Numbered from the stretch's first letter, positions 23,479-37,091 are shown. The stretch: DNA of 64,000 nt from Pocillopora damicornis (GCF_003704095.1 NW_020844150.1:1-64000), one strand, 5' to 3'. Numbers and translations are program-made. Notes: generated by a model not told the origin, from the letters alone.

Positions 23479-25796
23479 GGGTAGACCCTCTCCCATTTTG
23501 GTACACACGAGCGGTCATAACTGATGAAGCAGACGTCTCCTATGGATAGAGTTGAAACCATCACAACTGAGAAATTCACCGTGAATCGAACTCAGTGTTC
23601 TATTATCACGATAAAACTCATTAAAAAGGTACAACAAACTGGACTTCATTAAAACTTGGAATCGACAATATAACTCTTCGCCAGACTCTGAAGACTTTAG
23701 TGGAACAACGTTCATTGAGAGCGTGGTTGAGAAATCAAGCAGTTTGAGAACATGGTAATGACCACTAGTGAGAGTTTATGGAATAAAGAAAGGTCTCTGT
23801 TGAGCAGCCAAAGTCCGACTTTGACAATGAATAATATCCTCCCAACTTTAATTGCTTACAAACTCACATTTAACCTTGCTTAAATTGACGACACTGGAAG
23901 ACAAAGGAACTCAAATTGAACTCAAACATTTCTATTTTCTAAGACTAAATGATTTGATTCTTAGACCTGTGCTGCGTTTTTGCCTTTGTTTGGATTAACA
24001 CATGTTGGGTTCGCATCAATTTGCCTTTGCTCTCCAAAATTAAGCTTCTGGTTTTTCGCTTACTAAAGAAACATTTTGGCGATGTTATGATTGAAGTTTT
24101 ACTGAACGTTAGCAACTATTTACTTGACTGCAACATTTCACAATATAATGTTGCAAAAAGTATTAAAATAACTTAATATACATATAAANNNNNNNNNNNN
24201 NNNNNNNNNNNNNNNNNNNNNNNNNNNNNNNNNNNNNNNNNNNNNNNNNNNNNNNNNNNNNNNNNNNNNNNNNNNNNNNNNNNNNNNNTACATTAATCAG
24301 CAAACAGGTAATGAGAATATTCAAACTTATCAGGTAGAAGCTACTGTCTTGATCTAGCACCAAGTTCTCATACCTAATTTAAAAGGAGATGTGTAGCAGG
24401 TAGAGGGGAGAACTAACAATCAGATCTTGGGAGTTAAAGGGTTTAGAGGCGTGGGAATGTTCTCGTAAGTAAGATCCATAGCCACAAATTTTTCACCTCC
24501 TCTTTCCTGTTAGAACTTTTGTGTCAACAGAGTGTACTTCATATTTAATAGTGTTCGCAACAATTTTCAAAATTATGAAACTGTTAATGTATTGAGGTTT
24601 ATTTTGGTAGGCGTCTAAAGCCAAATGGTAAGAAAACCCCTCTTAGCAGATTAGAAACGATAAGACTGGGGAAAAAACGTCTTTTTTCTTGCTGGAGAGA
24701 AAGCCTAATTTTATGTCGTGAATTTGATGACACAAAGAAACAAAACGAGCAAAAAAGCTTTTTCCTCGGAAAGCAATGCTATCGATAATTTAAAAAATCT
24801 TGATGATGCGATTTTGAAACGTGTTTTGTTTAGAAAATTCTAGAATGTTCCGTTATTTACCTTGGTATTCGAGGTTATGCTGATACTTATTCCTGAATAA
24901 GATATGATGTAATCGAAAGGCCTTATATATTTCGTAAGGCATATCCCTATCACTGGAGCTCACATCAAGCTGTTTTTGTTTTCAATCGATAAGCTGACTA
25001 TATGGTTGTATATTACAGATTACAAAGGACCACTGGACATTTTATCAACAGCAATGACAAATATAAAGTGAAGTTTGGTTATTTAATTTATATGTATATT
25101 AAGTTATTTTAATACTTTTTGCAACATTATATTGTGAAATATTGCAGTCAAGTAAATGATTGCTAACGTTCAGTAAAACTTCAATCATAACATCGCCAAA
25201 ATGTTTCTTTGGTAAACGAAAAACCAGAGGTTTAATTTTTGAGAGCAAAGGCAAATTGATGCAAACCCAACATGTGTTAATCCAAACAAGGGCAAAAACG
25301 CAGCACAGGTCTAAGAATCAAACCATACAGTCTTAGAAAATAGAAATATTTGAGTTCAGTATGAGTTCCTTTGTCTTCCAGTGTCGTCAATTTAAGGAAG
25401 GTTAAATATGAGTTTGTAAGCAATTCAAGTTGGGAGGATGTTATTCATTGTCAAAGTCGGACTTTGGCTGTTCAACAGAGACCTTTCTTTATTCCATAGA
25501 CTCTAACTAATGGTCATTACCATGTTCTCAAACTGCTTGATTTCTCAACCACGTTCTCAACGAACGTTGTTCCACGTAAGTGTTCAGAGTTTGGTGAATA
25601 GTTGTATTGTCAATTGAAAGTTTTAATGAAGTCCAGTTTGTTGTACCTTTTTAATGAGTTTTATTTTGATGATAGAACACTGAGTCCTATTCACGATGAA
25701 TTTCTCAGTTGTAATGGTTTTAACTCCATCCATAGGAGATGTCTGATTCATCAGTTATGACCGCTTATGTGTACCAAAAAGGGAGAGGGTCTACCC

Positions 25797-26885
25797 TTAA
25801 TCTGTGCTGACATTTTTAAAGCTGAGTAAAGTTATCGTTGACTTGTTCAGTTCAGCACTTGCCAGCTCACCTACTTGACCTCTTGTATCTGTGAGTTTAG
25901 TCTCGTTTTCGCTTCTGCTGGACTCTTTATCTTTATTACGATAAGCAGTGCTTTTCAGAGACTTCCTGTATTTGGACATGCGCCACGGGTACACAATCGG
26001 ATCAAACAGAAATTTTAGGTAAGCAGGTTGTCGGTCATCAAATTCACAACGAGAACCCGTATCCCATTCCGAGCAGTAAATATGTCGTCCAGAAAAAATC
26101 TGATTGTCATCAGTAGAACTGAAGGCACGAAAAACATGAGATGAGCCTTCGCTTTGGAGTGAGCGCCCTGCGGTCATTTTCTTTTTCATGGTGTAATGCA
26201 GAATAATGTATACCACGATGGTGACGAGAACAACAGTGTACCTGTGAAAAAATAAGTCGATGGCGTGTTTGGTCCTCTGTGGAACACCCATCAGAGGTAA
26301 ACAACAGAAAAGCGTATGATAGAGGTATATAGCAACAACGCTAACTAAGGCTTTCTTCTTTGTAATCATGCGGCCGTACTTCAGAGGCGATGTAACCACG
26401 ATATAGTGCGTCAATGTAAAGGCAAAAACGATAGATGCCGATATTGAGACTGGAAATGCTGAAAAATGGAATGTAAATTCCATCCAAGATTCACATTTCG
26501 TCCACGAAGGATGTTGGAAGTACATCAGCATGAAACAGGCGGCATAGATAGGTTCTTGTATCAGTGCTGTTAGGAGATCCACGATGGCCAAACCGATGAG
26601 AAAGTAGCTGGTTGGGTTGCGGAAAATCTTGAGTGGATCGACGAGAAAAGTTACAAGAAGCAAACTGTTGGCCACGATTGTCATGGGCGAAACTATGATG
26701 ATAAAGATGGACGAGCCGAAAGCTGCCTTTGAAAACTCCTCAACATGCATCATCCCTTCCTGTGAATCAAGGCCAGCTGCCCCGGTGTAAACTGAAGAAT
26801 TTGAAGGTTTTTGGCTCCTTTGTAGCTCTTTGAAATAATCAACGCCTATGTTGAGGAAGGTATTATTTGCACAAGTCAAGTTCAT
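25797..26885 (-). pseudogene. Family B copy B2: open 362-aa ORF with TM6 destroyed
   Basis: Versus B1: 80-nt deletion after GSS plus a 1-nt deletion before YLKF; frame is restored but the middle segment is off-frame; TQY>THY. Confidence 0.8.
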
Positions 26886-27742
26886 CTTAAAAATGATGAT
26901 CAGGGCGCGAAAGAAAAGCAGTGGTTAGGGTCAAGCTCTTCAGTTTATGGTTCGGTGCAAAGTCAGAATTTCCACTTTTTTTTTAATAAAACTTCTGTTA
27001 ATTAACTAAGGTAAACTTTCCCCTCCTATAAGCGTGAAAACACTTTAATTTGCTATTCGTTTATCAACCTTGTGCCTCATTAAAATTAATTTTCTAATTT
27101 GTTTTCCATGGATGTAAGAAGCTGTTTCGCCATTATTAAGAACTTAGACTTATGATAAGCCTTCTAATTTCAAAATTGCACCGAGTTTGTGCCTTTTGGA
27201 AAAGGTTCGATTATTCCAGTAGAGACCCACGCGCGTTGGGATCAAAGAAGAACAGATTATTCAGCATAGCAGGGAATTTCATTTTCCATCTGGATATTTC
27301 ACAGTAGTGACATAGGCCAAATAATCGAAGTTCTCTTTCAAACAGTAGACCTTGGCAGGATACGAAAATTGGACTTTTGTAAATGTTTGTACCAAATATT
27401 TAAAGTGCTCTCTCAAACTGTGGACCTTAGCAGGATACGGAAATTGGACGTCAATGAATGTTGAAGCTATTATTCATTTCAAGTGAATAACTGCACCCGA
27501 CAGAACGTTTGATTCGTCATTGTAATTATTCGTAGTCTGCTTGTTGGTACTAAGATAATTGGTCGGTACAGATCCTTGGATATGCAAGACCAAAATTAAG
27601 TTAGGAAAAATCATTTTGTCGGTATCGACATAGCGACTGAATAAACACAAAAAGGAGAAACGCAAACATAATGCACGATTTCCTTGTCATGAATAGTATA
27701 TTGCTGATGGAATGATCGTAACAAGGGGCTGTCCGAATAAAA

Positions 27743-28376
27743 TGGTAACGTTAACGAACATCAAGACGAAATGGTGCCAAGAGATATCGCGAACAGATGA
27801 GTATAACTTGCCAAGATACAGGGCTATGTTACGAATACGGCGAACAAATTTAAACGCCGATCTTTATTACAACTGTCTATGTTGTCTCGTAAAATGAAAT
27901 CAATAAATTAACAGGAACTAGTGTAAGAACGCGCGTGGCGATTAATAAACGAAATACAATAAAAATAACCAAGAGAAACCTAAGCGACACAATAAACATA
28001 TGATAATAAACGAAAGACCAAAATGCGCCCAATGAGGCTGAGCTTGCCCCGAAATTACAATAAAATAATATTTAAATTTCATCGAAAATTTCTACGCGAC
28101 CTCGAAGGCACGACATCTCTAAATTACATACACAAATAATGAATAAACAATGGCTAGAAAGTTAGGAGGCAAGCTAAACGAAAATGGAAACAGAATATTA
28201 AATATTTACACATCGATCCCGCAACGCTGATGGCACGCACAATTAAAAACTTGATCGACAAGGACAAAAAAATTACTACAACTAACGACACGGAGAATAC
28301 CAAGTTAAATTTTGAAACCTTAATGATCAAAGGGCAAACTCGCAGCCCAACTGTAACGCACAGTCACGCAATCACA
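27743..28376 (-). mobile_element. Solo LTR (Gypsy-like)
   Basis: TG...CA termini, AAAA 4-bp target-site duplication; empty site gaataaaattgttcag at about 34030. Confidence 0.75.
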
Positions 28377-28741
28377 AAAATTGTTTAGTCTCCGTCGGTC
28401 TCAAAGGGCTTTGCTTCTCATAAGGGCAATCAGATGTGGCACATCATTTCTTAGGGGGAATTTGGGAGTTTCGTGGTATGGAAGATCACCAAATGGTGTC
28501 ATGAAAATGTNNNNNNNNNNNNNNNNNNNNNNNNNNNNNNNNNNNNNNNNNNNNNNNNNNNNNNNNNNNNNNNNNNNNNNNNNNNNNNNNNNNNNNNNNN
28601 NNNNNNNNNNACATTTTCATGACACCATTTGGTGATCTTCCATACCACGAAACTCCCAAATTCCTGAGAAATGCTGTGCCACATCTGATTACCCTCATGA
28701 GAAGTAAAGCCCTTTGAGACCGGCGAAGATTAAACAATTTT

Positions 28742-29640
28742 TGTGATTGCGTGACTGTGCGTTACAGGCTGCGAGTTTGCCCTTTGATCATTAAGGTTTC
28801 AAAATTTCACTTAGTATTCTCCGTGTCGTTAGTTGTAGTTGGTTTTTGTCCTTGTCGATCAAGTTTTTAATTGTGCGTGCCATCGGCGTTGCAGGATCGA
28901 TGTGTAAATCTTTAATATTCTGTTTCCATTTTCGTTTAGCTTGCCTCTTAACTTTCTAGCCATTGTTTACTTATGATTGAAGAAATGTAAAATAGTTTCG
29001 GTGTTTACATAGCCTGATGCGAGATAAGCGTAGGAAAACCACGACGCGAAGTGAAGTGGTTTCCAGCTTATCGAGTGTTCTCCCAACCTCCCAAGTGTTT
29101 ACATCAGGCTATGTAAACACGGAAACCATTTTACATTTCTTTCATAAAATAGCTAATGAAAGAGGAACGAAAACCGTGTTTACATACATCATGTAAAATG
29201 GTTTTATGGCCAATCAGAGCGCGCGTACTATTTGATTTATTTTATAACTGTGTATGTAATTTAGAGATGTCGTGCCTTCGAGGTCGCGTGCAAATTTTCG
29301 ATGAAATTTAAGTATTATTTTATTGTAATTTCGGGGCAAGCTCAGCCTCATTGGGCGCATTTTGGTCTTTCGTTTATTATCGCATGTTTATTGTGTCGCT
29401 TAGGTTTCTCTTGGTTATTTTTATTGTATTTCGTTTGTTGATCGCCATGCGCGTTCGTACACTAGTTCCTGTTAATTTATTGATTTCAGTTTACGAGACA
29501 ACATAGACAGTTGAAATAAAGATCGGCGTTTAAATTTGTTCGCCGTATTCGTAACATAGCCCCGTATTTTGGAACGTTATACTCATCTGTTCGCGATATC
29601 TCTTAGCACCATTTCATCTTGATGTTCGTTACCATTACCA
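28742..29640 (+). mobile_element. Second copy of the same solo LTR, interrupted by a later insertion
   Basis: tgtgattgcg...ttacca; reverse complement of 27743-28376; AATAAA at about 29515. Confidence 0.75.
28975..29248. mobile_element. Small hairpin-containing insertion inside the solo LTR
   Basis: Absent from the other LTR copy; internal inverted repeat gaaatgtaaaat..tttacatagcctgatg / catcaggctatgtaaac..ttttacatttc. Confidence 0.75.
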
Positions 29641-30183
29641 TTTCATTCAGACAGCCCCTTGTTACGATCATTCCATCAGCAATATACTATTCACGACAAG
29701 GAATTCGTGCATTATGTTTGCGTTTCTCCTTTTTGTGTTTATTCAGTCGCTTTGTCGGTACCGATAAAATGATTTTTCCTCACTTAATTTTATTCTTGCA
29801 CATCCAACCATACCGACATCCATCCATACCGACCAACTATCTTATTACCGACAATTAGACTACGACTACTTACAATGACGAATCAAACGTTCCGTCGGGT
29901 GCAAAGCAGGCCTAAAGAATTTTATTTAGCACGCTGATAATTAACTGAATTCTGGGAACAACTATTCAGAAGAAAAAATTCGTGGAAAGTTAAAAAACAA
30001 TGTAGTAACAGTGCATAGGAAAGGTGTTACAGTTAATTCATGGTTGGAGGGGAACGTTTCCCTTGGTTAATTAACACAAGTTCTATTATAAAAGTGGGAA
30101 TTCTCCCTCTGCATAAAATCATAACCTGAAGAGCTTGACCCTAACCACTGCTTTTCTTCTGCGCTCTGCTCATCATTTCTAAA

Positions 30184-30439
30184 ATGAAATTGACTTGTGC
30201 AAATTATTCCTTGCTCAACATAGGCGTTGATTATTTCAGAGATCTACAACAGAGCTGAAAACTTTCAAATTCTTCAGTTTGCACGGGGGCAGCTGGCCTT
30301 AATTCACAGAAAGATGATGATGCGTGTTGAGGAGTTTTCAAAGGTAGCTTTCGGCTCGTCCATCTTTATCATCATAGTTCCGCCCATGACAATCGTGGCC
30401 AACGGTTTGCTTCTTATAACTTTTCTCGTCGATCCACTG
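30184..30439 (+). pseudogene. Family B copy B3, 5' fragment
   Basis: MKLTCANYSLL.. frameshifted, TM1 to VDPL, then joined to sequence equivalent to about 37065 (about 1.24 kb deleted). Confidence 0.88.
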
Positions 30440-32521
30440 TGGCGGAAACTGCCAACAACCATAAATATTTACAACGGTGTCATTAACGACTAGTGTAGAT
30501 TGAGTAAGAATCGGGCAGTACACCAATCGTTTGTTGAATTTTTGGTTAGATTTCACCTAGAGCGCCGTTCAGAAAAGTGCAGCTGAGAAATTTAACGCAG
30601 GCACCCTAAGTCTGTTAACCAAAGCTTATCTGCAATATCTGGTTAAATTTACCTCGGTAACGGAAGAGAATGTCAAATCAAGCAAAGACATATGCTTCAT
30701 ATTTCTAAGATAAAGAAGTTTTACCAGTCGTGATTCAGAAAATAATGTAAACAGGTATATTTAACGCTTAGCCTCAGGGCCTCTAAACATTATGACAAAT
30801 ATCATAGAGGATAGTCAAGTAATATCATACGATAAATATGAATGGATAGAAAATGACTCGGTGGCTATGTTTGAAGGCTTTTTTCACCAAGCAATGTCGT
30901 TTAAGAGGACTTTTTATTCTTAGCCTCGTTTCCATGCTGGCGAATTTCTGACATGCGTGGTTCTCATCTCCAGAAGTTAAATTGAATTAGCCTTTATCAG
31001 AAAATTTTAGTCTGAGGGTCATAAGTGCTGTGACAACGTTTCATCCTTTTATCATTAATTTGAACAATTTTGGTCGATAACCGCGAGACCACATAGGGAT
31101 ATGCCTAACACAATATGTATGACTTTATGATCATATCATATCTTATTCACAAATACGTATTAGCATGGAGTACCGAGGTAAATAACTGAACATTCTAAAA
31201 TGCTATTCTAAAAAAAATACATGTTGTAAAATCGAATCATCAAGTTTTATGACATTAACAATAGCATTGCTTTCCGAGGAAAAAGCTTTAGAAAAAATAA
31301 AATTAGGCCTAGCCTAATCGTTTCTAACCTGCTATGAGGGGTTTTCTTGGCATTTGGCTTTCTACGACTACCAAAATAAACCTTGATACATTAAACAATT
31401 CCACAATTTTGGAAATTGTTGTGAACCCTATTAAATAGGAGTACATTCTGTTGACATAAACGTTTTAGCAGGAAAGAGGTGGTGAAAAAATTTGTAACTA
31501 TGGATCTTATTCACGAGAACATTCCCCCGCCTCTTTAGCCAAAGAAAATGAAACTGCCTCAGGAGCTATAAAAGATGTTGACCTTCGAGTACTTATCATC
31601 TTCGGCTCGCATTTATAAAACACCAGCATAGGTGAGTCAAATTGCTCAATATAATTCATAGTCTGCTTTGTACCATGCAAAATCCCCCAAAATGAGTGGT
31701 GAGATATCTAAAGACGCTTTCGTAATTTATCTTTTCGTCTATATGCTATGTTTGCTCACGGTATTTAATTACTTATGGGACTTTCACAGCGGTGGTCCAC
31801 TCTGAGTATTCTACATCTTCGGGGAAAAAAATTTAGATTATTCCCCTTCTATTTGTTTCAAGACTTCCGTAAAATTACTTCACTCTCATCTATATCTGTC
31901 TTGAATGATCAACTCTCGGTTGAGTATCCTTGAGTCTACCTTATTTTGCAGTTTTTTTAGAAATAATTTCATGTTATATCTCAGCTATTCTTGAAACGAC
32001 TTGCTTTCTGACAGCGGGATTTAAAGCAATCACCTGGCCCTCCATGAAAAGTTCTCTCTGAAATAATCGCTCTCCTTTGAAACATGAAAAGGGATGGAAA
32101 TAATTGCCCCAGTTTGAGACTCATCGAAATAATGTGCAGCAGTTGCGGTAAATCTTAATTAGAAATCACTCCAAATAAGAGCAACTAAAATTAACCAAAA
32201 CAGCCTCTAAAAATATGAGCTAATCAATTTAGACCATACAAAGTAAAGTTAGTTTACGACCAATATCTTGAGGGCACTTAGAACGATGGAAAGATTTGGG
32301 TTCCTTCTACTCTCCAAATTTTATCATTCCACTCGTTTACTAATAAGCTACGAAATGTTGCATAATCAGTGGTAAAACATCAAGCGATGTAGGCGGTCTA
32401 GAGTAAAGCGAGTCAATGTCTACCAAAACGTGATAAGTTTCAAATAATTCATCTCAAACCTTGGTATCTAAAGATAGTCTGCAGCTTTCCTTTCAAAGTG
32501 GTCAAAGATTCAAATCCAGAC

Positions 32522-32940
32522 TCACTCTATTGGCAAAGTTTTGAAGCTGGACAATGTTATTGCCGATTGGTTGAGTTCAGTTGTTGATCTCTCAATTCCG
32601 GTCAGCTTGCTCTCCCCGCCGATATCTTTGTGGGGACAATATATTTTTCCGAAAGAATCACGGTAGTTAAGCATGCGCCAAGCGTACACAATCGGATCTA
32701 ATAGAAATTTCAGGTAAAGCAGGTTATCGCTCATCAAATGAAGGAACGAAAAACATGATCATAACAATGAGAAGAACGACATTTAAACGGAGAGAGCTTC
32801 GCTGCACCTTAATGTGTCTTCCCTCTTCGCGAGAAGTCGAAGAGCTTTCGTTTTGGAGTGACCATCCTGCGGCCATTTTCTTTTCCATGGTGTAATGCAG
32901 AATTATGTACACCACGATGGTAACGAGAACAACAGTGCAC
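32522..32940 (-). pseudogene. Family B copy B4, 3' half only
   Basis: TVVLVTIVVYIILHY...SDNLLYLKFLLDPIVYAWR...SAITLSSFK, with an internal deletion. Confidence 0.88.
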
Positions 32941-35569
32941 CTCAGGCGGTGCGCGCACTCTGATTGCGTTGCATCATGGTCGTAAAACGAAAAGCGAGTC
33001 ATTTACATCCTGTCGTGGTCGAGCGAACATCTCTGGTGGCAGGAAGATAGCGCGAATGAACGTGGAATGTAATGGGGATTCACTGCCTGTTGCCATTCCT
33101 TCCAAAGTTAAAAATTTTTGGCAGGCCTGCGCGACTCCTGTCATTCTGTGGGGCAATTGAAGAGATTCAGAAAGAATCGAAACTGCAGCCTTGCCCAAGA
33201 ATCTATTCATTTGGCAGCAGTTACACTCATAGCCGATGGCTGTGTGAATAATATAAAATTATAAAATCGCAAGTTATTTAACAGGGAGCCAACCTTTGAC
33301 ATGCAAACTCATTAAAACTCAAACTGATTTATGGTTTAAGGCATCAAAAGGGCGTGGGAAATGATCTGGCGAGTAATCGAAAGTACTTCGCACTCGGAAA
33401 TATATTTTTTGAATGGTTAAGTCTGCTGCTGACAACCCCTTGAGTTCACATGTCTCAGTTGTCTTAGTGATGCGTTCGTATAACTTTTGAGTTATTATTG
33501 AGATTACTTCTTGATTCCCGGAGGCAAAGTTTGAAGTAATCACCTCCCTCTCAAATAATTTCTCTCTCAGACAGTTGCTCTCGTTTCGAGAAAACATATA
33601 AATGCTGTAATTGCCCCAGCTATCATCCAAAGAAATAATGTTACACCAATTGCAAAAAATTAATTGTAGCTCATCGCTCTGAAAAAGAACCCCATAAATT
33701 ACCCTGAATAGCTGCGAAAAGTGTAAGCCTAATCTAATATGTAAAATATTAGATCTCGATAACCTTTCTATAGTTTCGAACTCGATTTTCTTTCAATTTC
33801 TTAGAGTCTATTTCAAGAGAAGATTAGAGTTGTATTAAGGTAATTTCATGAGCAAAGATAGTCACTTTTTGATCACCTTCGTCAGTTTGAAATATTGCAG
33901 AACAGAAGATGGTAAATCGCAAAAATGAACATAAATAAGAGAACCGCAAACACAACGCGCGATTTCCTTGTCACGAAATATATATTGCAATATTGTTATA
34001 GAAAGAACGGTCGTGGCAAGGAGTTGTGTGAATAAAATTGTTCAGTTTCCGCCGGTCTCTTGTGCTTTGAACGAGGGCTCTGCTACTCATGAGTGCAATC
34101 AGATGTGCGCATCACTTCTTAGGGGGGAATTTGGCAGTGTCGTGGTATGGAAGATCACCAAATAGCGTCAAGAAAATTTTATTGCTCGTACTGCTGTATT
34201 ATTGTGCCCATATATATCATCATTTAAGTCAAGACCTTATTAACGTTGTTTGACTTGATTATTTGCGCCTCTGGAAATGTACACCTGCTCTGAAACATTG
34301 AATTGGTTTGTCAATGCAGGCAAGCCGACAGTTTTTGACTTAATTACCCTAGGCATTAGGTAGCCCAAAGTAGACGAAAAACCGGCAAATGCGGTTGCTT
34401 TGCGGTACCAACAAAATGATTTTTCTTGGCTTAATTTTCGACTGACATATCCAAGGCTCTATACAGTAACCTTTCAAAGACAAAGTGACTACCGACCAAT
34501 TCTCATAGCACCGACAAACAGACTACGAATACTTACAATGACGAATCAAACGTTCTGTCGAGTGCAAAGCAAGCCTGAAGAATGTAATTTCAGTTATTCA
34601 CTTGAAATGAATAATAGCGTTGGAAAACGAATTGTCATCCATACTTTATCCCTTAGGTTCTTAAAGTTCAAATACAATATTTAATCAACGCGATATTCTT
34701 AATTAAAGTCTTCCCTCCTACAATGCATTAGTAAAGGTGAGGGCGGCAGTATTTTCTCGTCGTTATATCCTTTATACAGGCGCAGTTTTGTTATTTGCGG
34801 ACACACTATATAGGATGTTTTTATACCACAATCGTGACAATGTTGGGTCAGGTTTACCCTTTGATACCTTTTCACTACGCTCCTTGTTTACTGTTAATAC
34901 ATCTTTAATTTTGTAAATAGCTGAGTATAAGCATTCATTAAAGTCCAATTTCCGTATCCTGCTAAGGTCTACTGTTTGATAGAGCTTTTCAAATATTTGG
35001 TATTTGTCACTCTGCGAAATATCCAAATGGAAAATGAAATTCCCTGCTATGCTGAATAATCTGTTCTTCTTTGATCCCAACACGTGCGGGCCTTCACTGA
35101 AATAATTCAACTTCTTTCAAAAGGCACAAATTCGGTGCATTTTCAAAATTGAGAGGCTTATCACATCGTTCGATAAAATACTTGGCTTGATGGCTATGTC
35201 TAAGTTCGTAATAATGGCGATACAGCGTCTCATGTCCATGGTACACAAATTGTAAAATTAATTTTAATGAGTTATATAAACGAAAAACAGGTTAATAAAC
35301 GAATAGGGAAAGTGTTTTCACGCTGATAATTAACTGAATTCTCGGAACAACTATTCAGGAGAAGACATTCATGGAAAGTTAAATACAATGTAGTAACAAT
35401 GCATAGGGAAGGTCTTACGGTTAATTCAGCTTGGAGGGGAAAGTTTCCCTTGGTTAATTAACACAAGTTCTATTATAAAAGCGGGAATTCTCCCTCTGCA
35501 TAAAATAATAAACTGAAGAACTTGGCCCTAACCACTGCTTTTCTTCGCGTGCTGATCATCATTTTTGAA

Positions 35570-36739
35570 ATGAACCTGACTTGTGCAAATTATTCCTTGC
35601 TCAACATAGGCGTTGATTATTTCAAAGAGCTACAACAGAGCCAAAAACCTTCAAATTCTTCAGTTTGCACGGGGGCAGCTGGCCTTAATTCACAGAAAGA
35701 GATGATGCATGTTGAGGAGTTTTCAAAGGCAGCTTTCGGCTCGTCCATCTTTATCATCATAGTTTCGCCAATGACAATCGTGGCCAACAGTTTGCTTCTT
35801 GTAACTTTTCTCGTCGATCCACTCAAGATTTTCCGCAACCCAACCAGCTACTTTCTCATCGGTCTGGCCATCGTGGATCTCCTAACAGCACTGATACAAG
35901 AACCTATCTATGCCACCTGTTTCATGCTGATGTACTTTCAGCATCCTTCGTGGACGAAATGCGAATCTTGGATGAAATTTGCAGCGTATTTTTCGGCATT
36001 TCCAATCTCAATATCGGTATCCATCGTTTTTGCCTTTACATTGACACAGTATATCGTGGTGGCATCGCCTCTGAAGTACGGCCGCATGATTACAAAGAAA
36101 AAAGCTTTCATTGGCGTTGTGGCTCTATACCTCTATCACACGCTTATCTGTTGTTTACCTCTAATGGGTGTTCCACAGAAGACCATGGACGCCATCGGCT
36201 TATTTTTTTACAACTACGCAGTTGTTCTTGTTACCATCGTGGTATACATTATTCTTCATTACACCATGAAAAAGAAGATGACGGCAGGGCGCTCACTCCA
36301 AAACGAAGGCTCATCCACTTCTCGCGAAGAAGGAAGACACGTTCAGATGCAGCGAAGCTTTGTCCGTTTAAACGTCGTTCTTCTCATTATTATGATCATG
36401 TCTTTCCTGCCTTCAATTATACTCATGACAATCAGATTTTTTCTGGACGACATATTTACTGCTCGGTATGGGATACGGGTTCTCGTTGTAAATTTGATGA
36501 CCGATAACCTGCTTTACCTGAAATTTCTGTTAGATCCGATTGCTTACGCGTGGCGCATGTCCAAGTACAGGAAGTCTCTGAAAAGCACCGTTTATCGTAA
36601 TAAAGATAAAGGGTCTAGCAGAAGTGAAAACGAGACTAAAATCACAGATGCAAGATGTCAGATAGGTGAACTGGCAAGTGCTGAACTGAACAGGTCAGCG
36701 ATAACTTTACTCAGCTTTAAGAATGTCAGCACAGATTAA
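35570..36739 (+). CDS. Intronless class A GPCR, family B copy B5 (389 aa)
   Basis: Full-length paralog of B1; ATG at 35570 (MNLTC). Confidence 0.93.
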   Translation: MNLTCANYSLLNIGVDYFKELQQSQKPSNSSVCTGAAGLNSQKEMMHVEEFSKAAFGSSIFIIIVSPMTIVANSLLLVTFLVDPLKIFRNPTSYFLIGLAIVDLLTALIQEPIYATCFMLMYFQHPSWTKCESWMKFAAYFSAFPISISVSIVFAFTLTQYIVVASPLKYGRMITKKKAFIGVVALYLYHTLICCLPLMGVPQKTMDAIGLFFYNYAVVLVTIVVYIILHYTMKKKMTAGRSLQNEGSSTSREEGRHVQMQRSFVRLNVVLLIIMIMSFLPSIILMTIRFFLDDIFTARYGIRVLVVNLMTDNLLYLKFLLDPIAYAWRMSKYRKSLKSTVYRNKDKGSSRSENETKITDARCQIGELASAELNRSAITLLSFKNVSTD

Positions 36740-36881
36740 GGGTAGACCGTCTCCTGTTTTTGTGCACATTAGCGGTGATAAATGATGAATCAGACATCTC
36801 CTATGGTTTAGATTTAAACCCATCACAACTGAGAAATTCACCCTGAGTCGAACGCAGTGTTCTAAAATCACAATAATACTC

Positions 36882-37091
36882 ATGCTTCCAAGCCTATATA
36901 ACTAAGGGTGGCAGCAGCTCAACAACTCATGGTCACTATTCTGGACAGCTTTACCGCAAGCAAAGGAATCTTGCCACGAACTCATTCGATGTGGATGTAG
37001 AGCCTCACGTAGAGGACAATACAAGTGCTTAAAAGCTAATTTGGCATGCACTGGTTTGTGCAGCTGTGGCGGCAACTGCCAACAATCATAA
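36882..37091 (+). mobile_element. Decayed C-terminal CXC-type Cys-rich coding fragment, probably transposon-derived
   Basis: ELIRCGCR..KCLKANLACTGLCSCGGNC; paralog of 42471-42680. Confidence 0.55.

Larger units (their letters stand above)
21810..27450. repeat. Long inverted duplication (about 21810-24188 vs about 25085-27450) spanning the first N gap
   Basis: Gene and both flanks are reverse complements with scattered substitutions and indels; relative orientation depends on scaffolding across the gap. Confidence 0.85.

Noticed and set aside
28381-28737. Mirror-image ORFs crossing the N gap
   Set aside because: Created by the Ns and the inverted flanks
35950-36507. Long alternative-frame and antisense ORFs inside family B genes (also 41741, 19768, 22356, 35617, 41207)
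   Set aside because: Shared only because the paralogs are recent duplicates; endpoints differ and there is no independent coding signal
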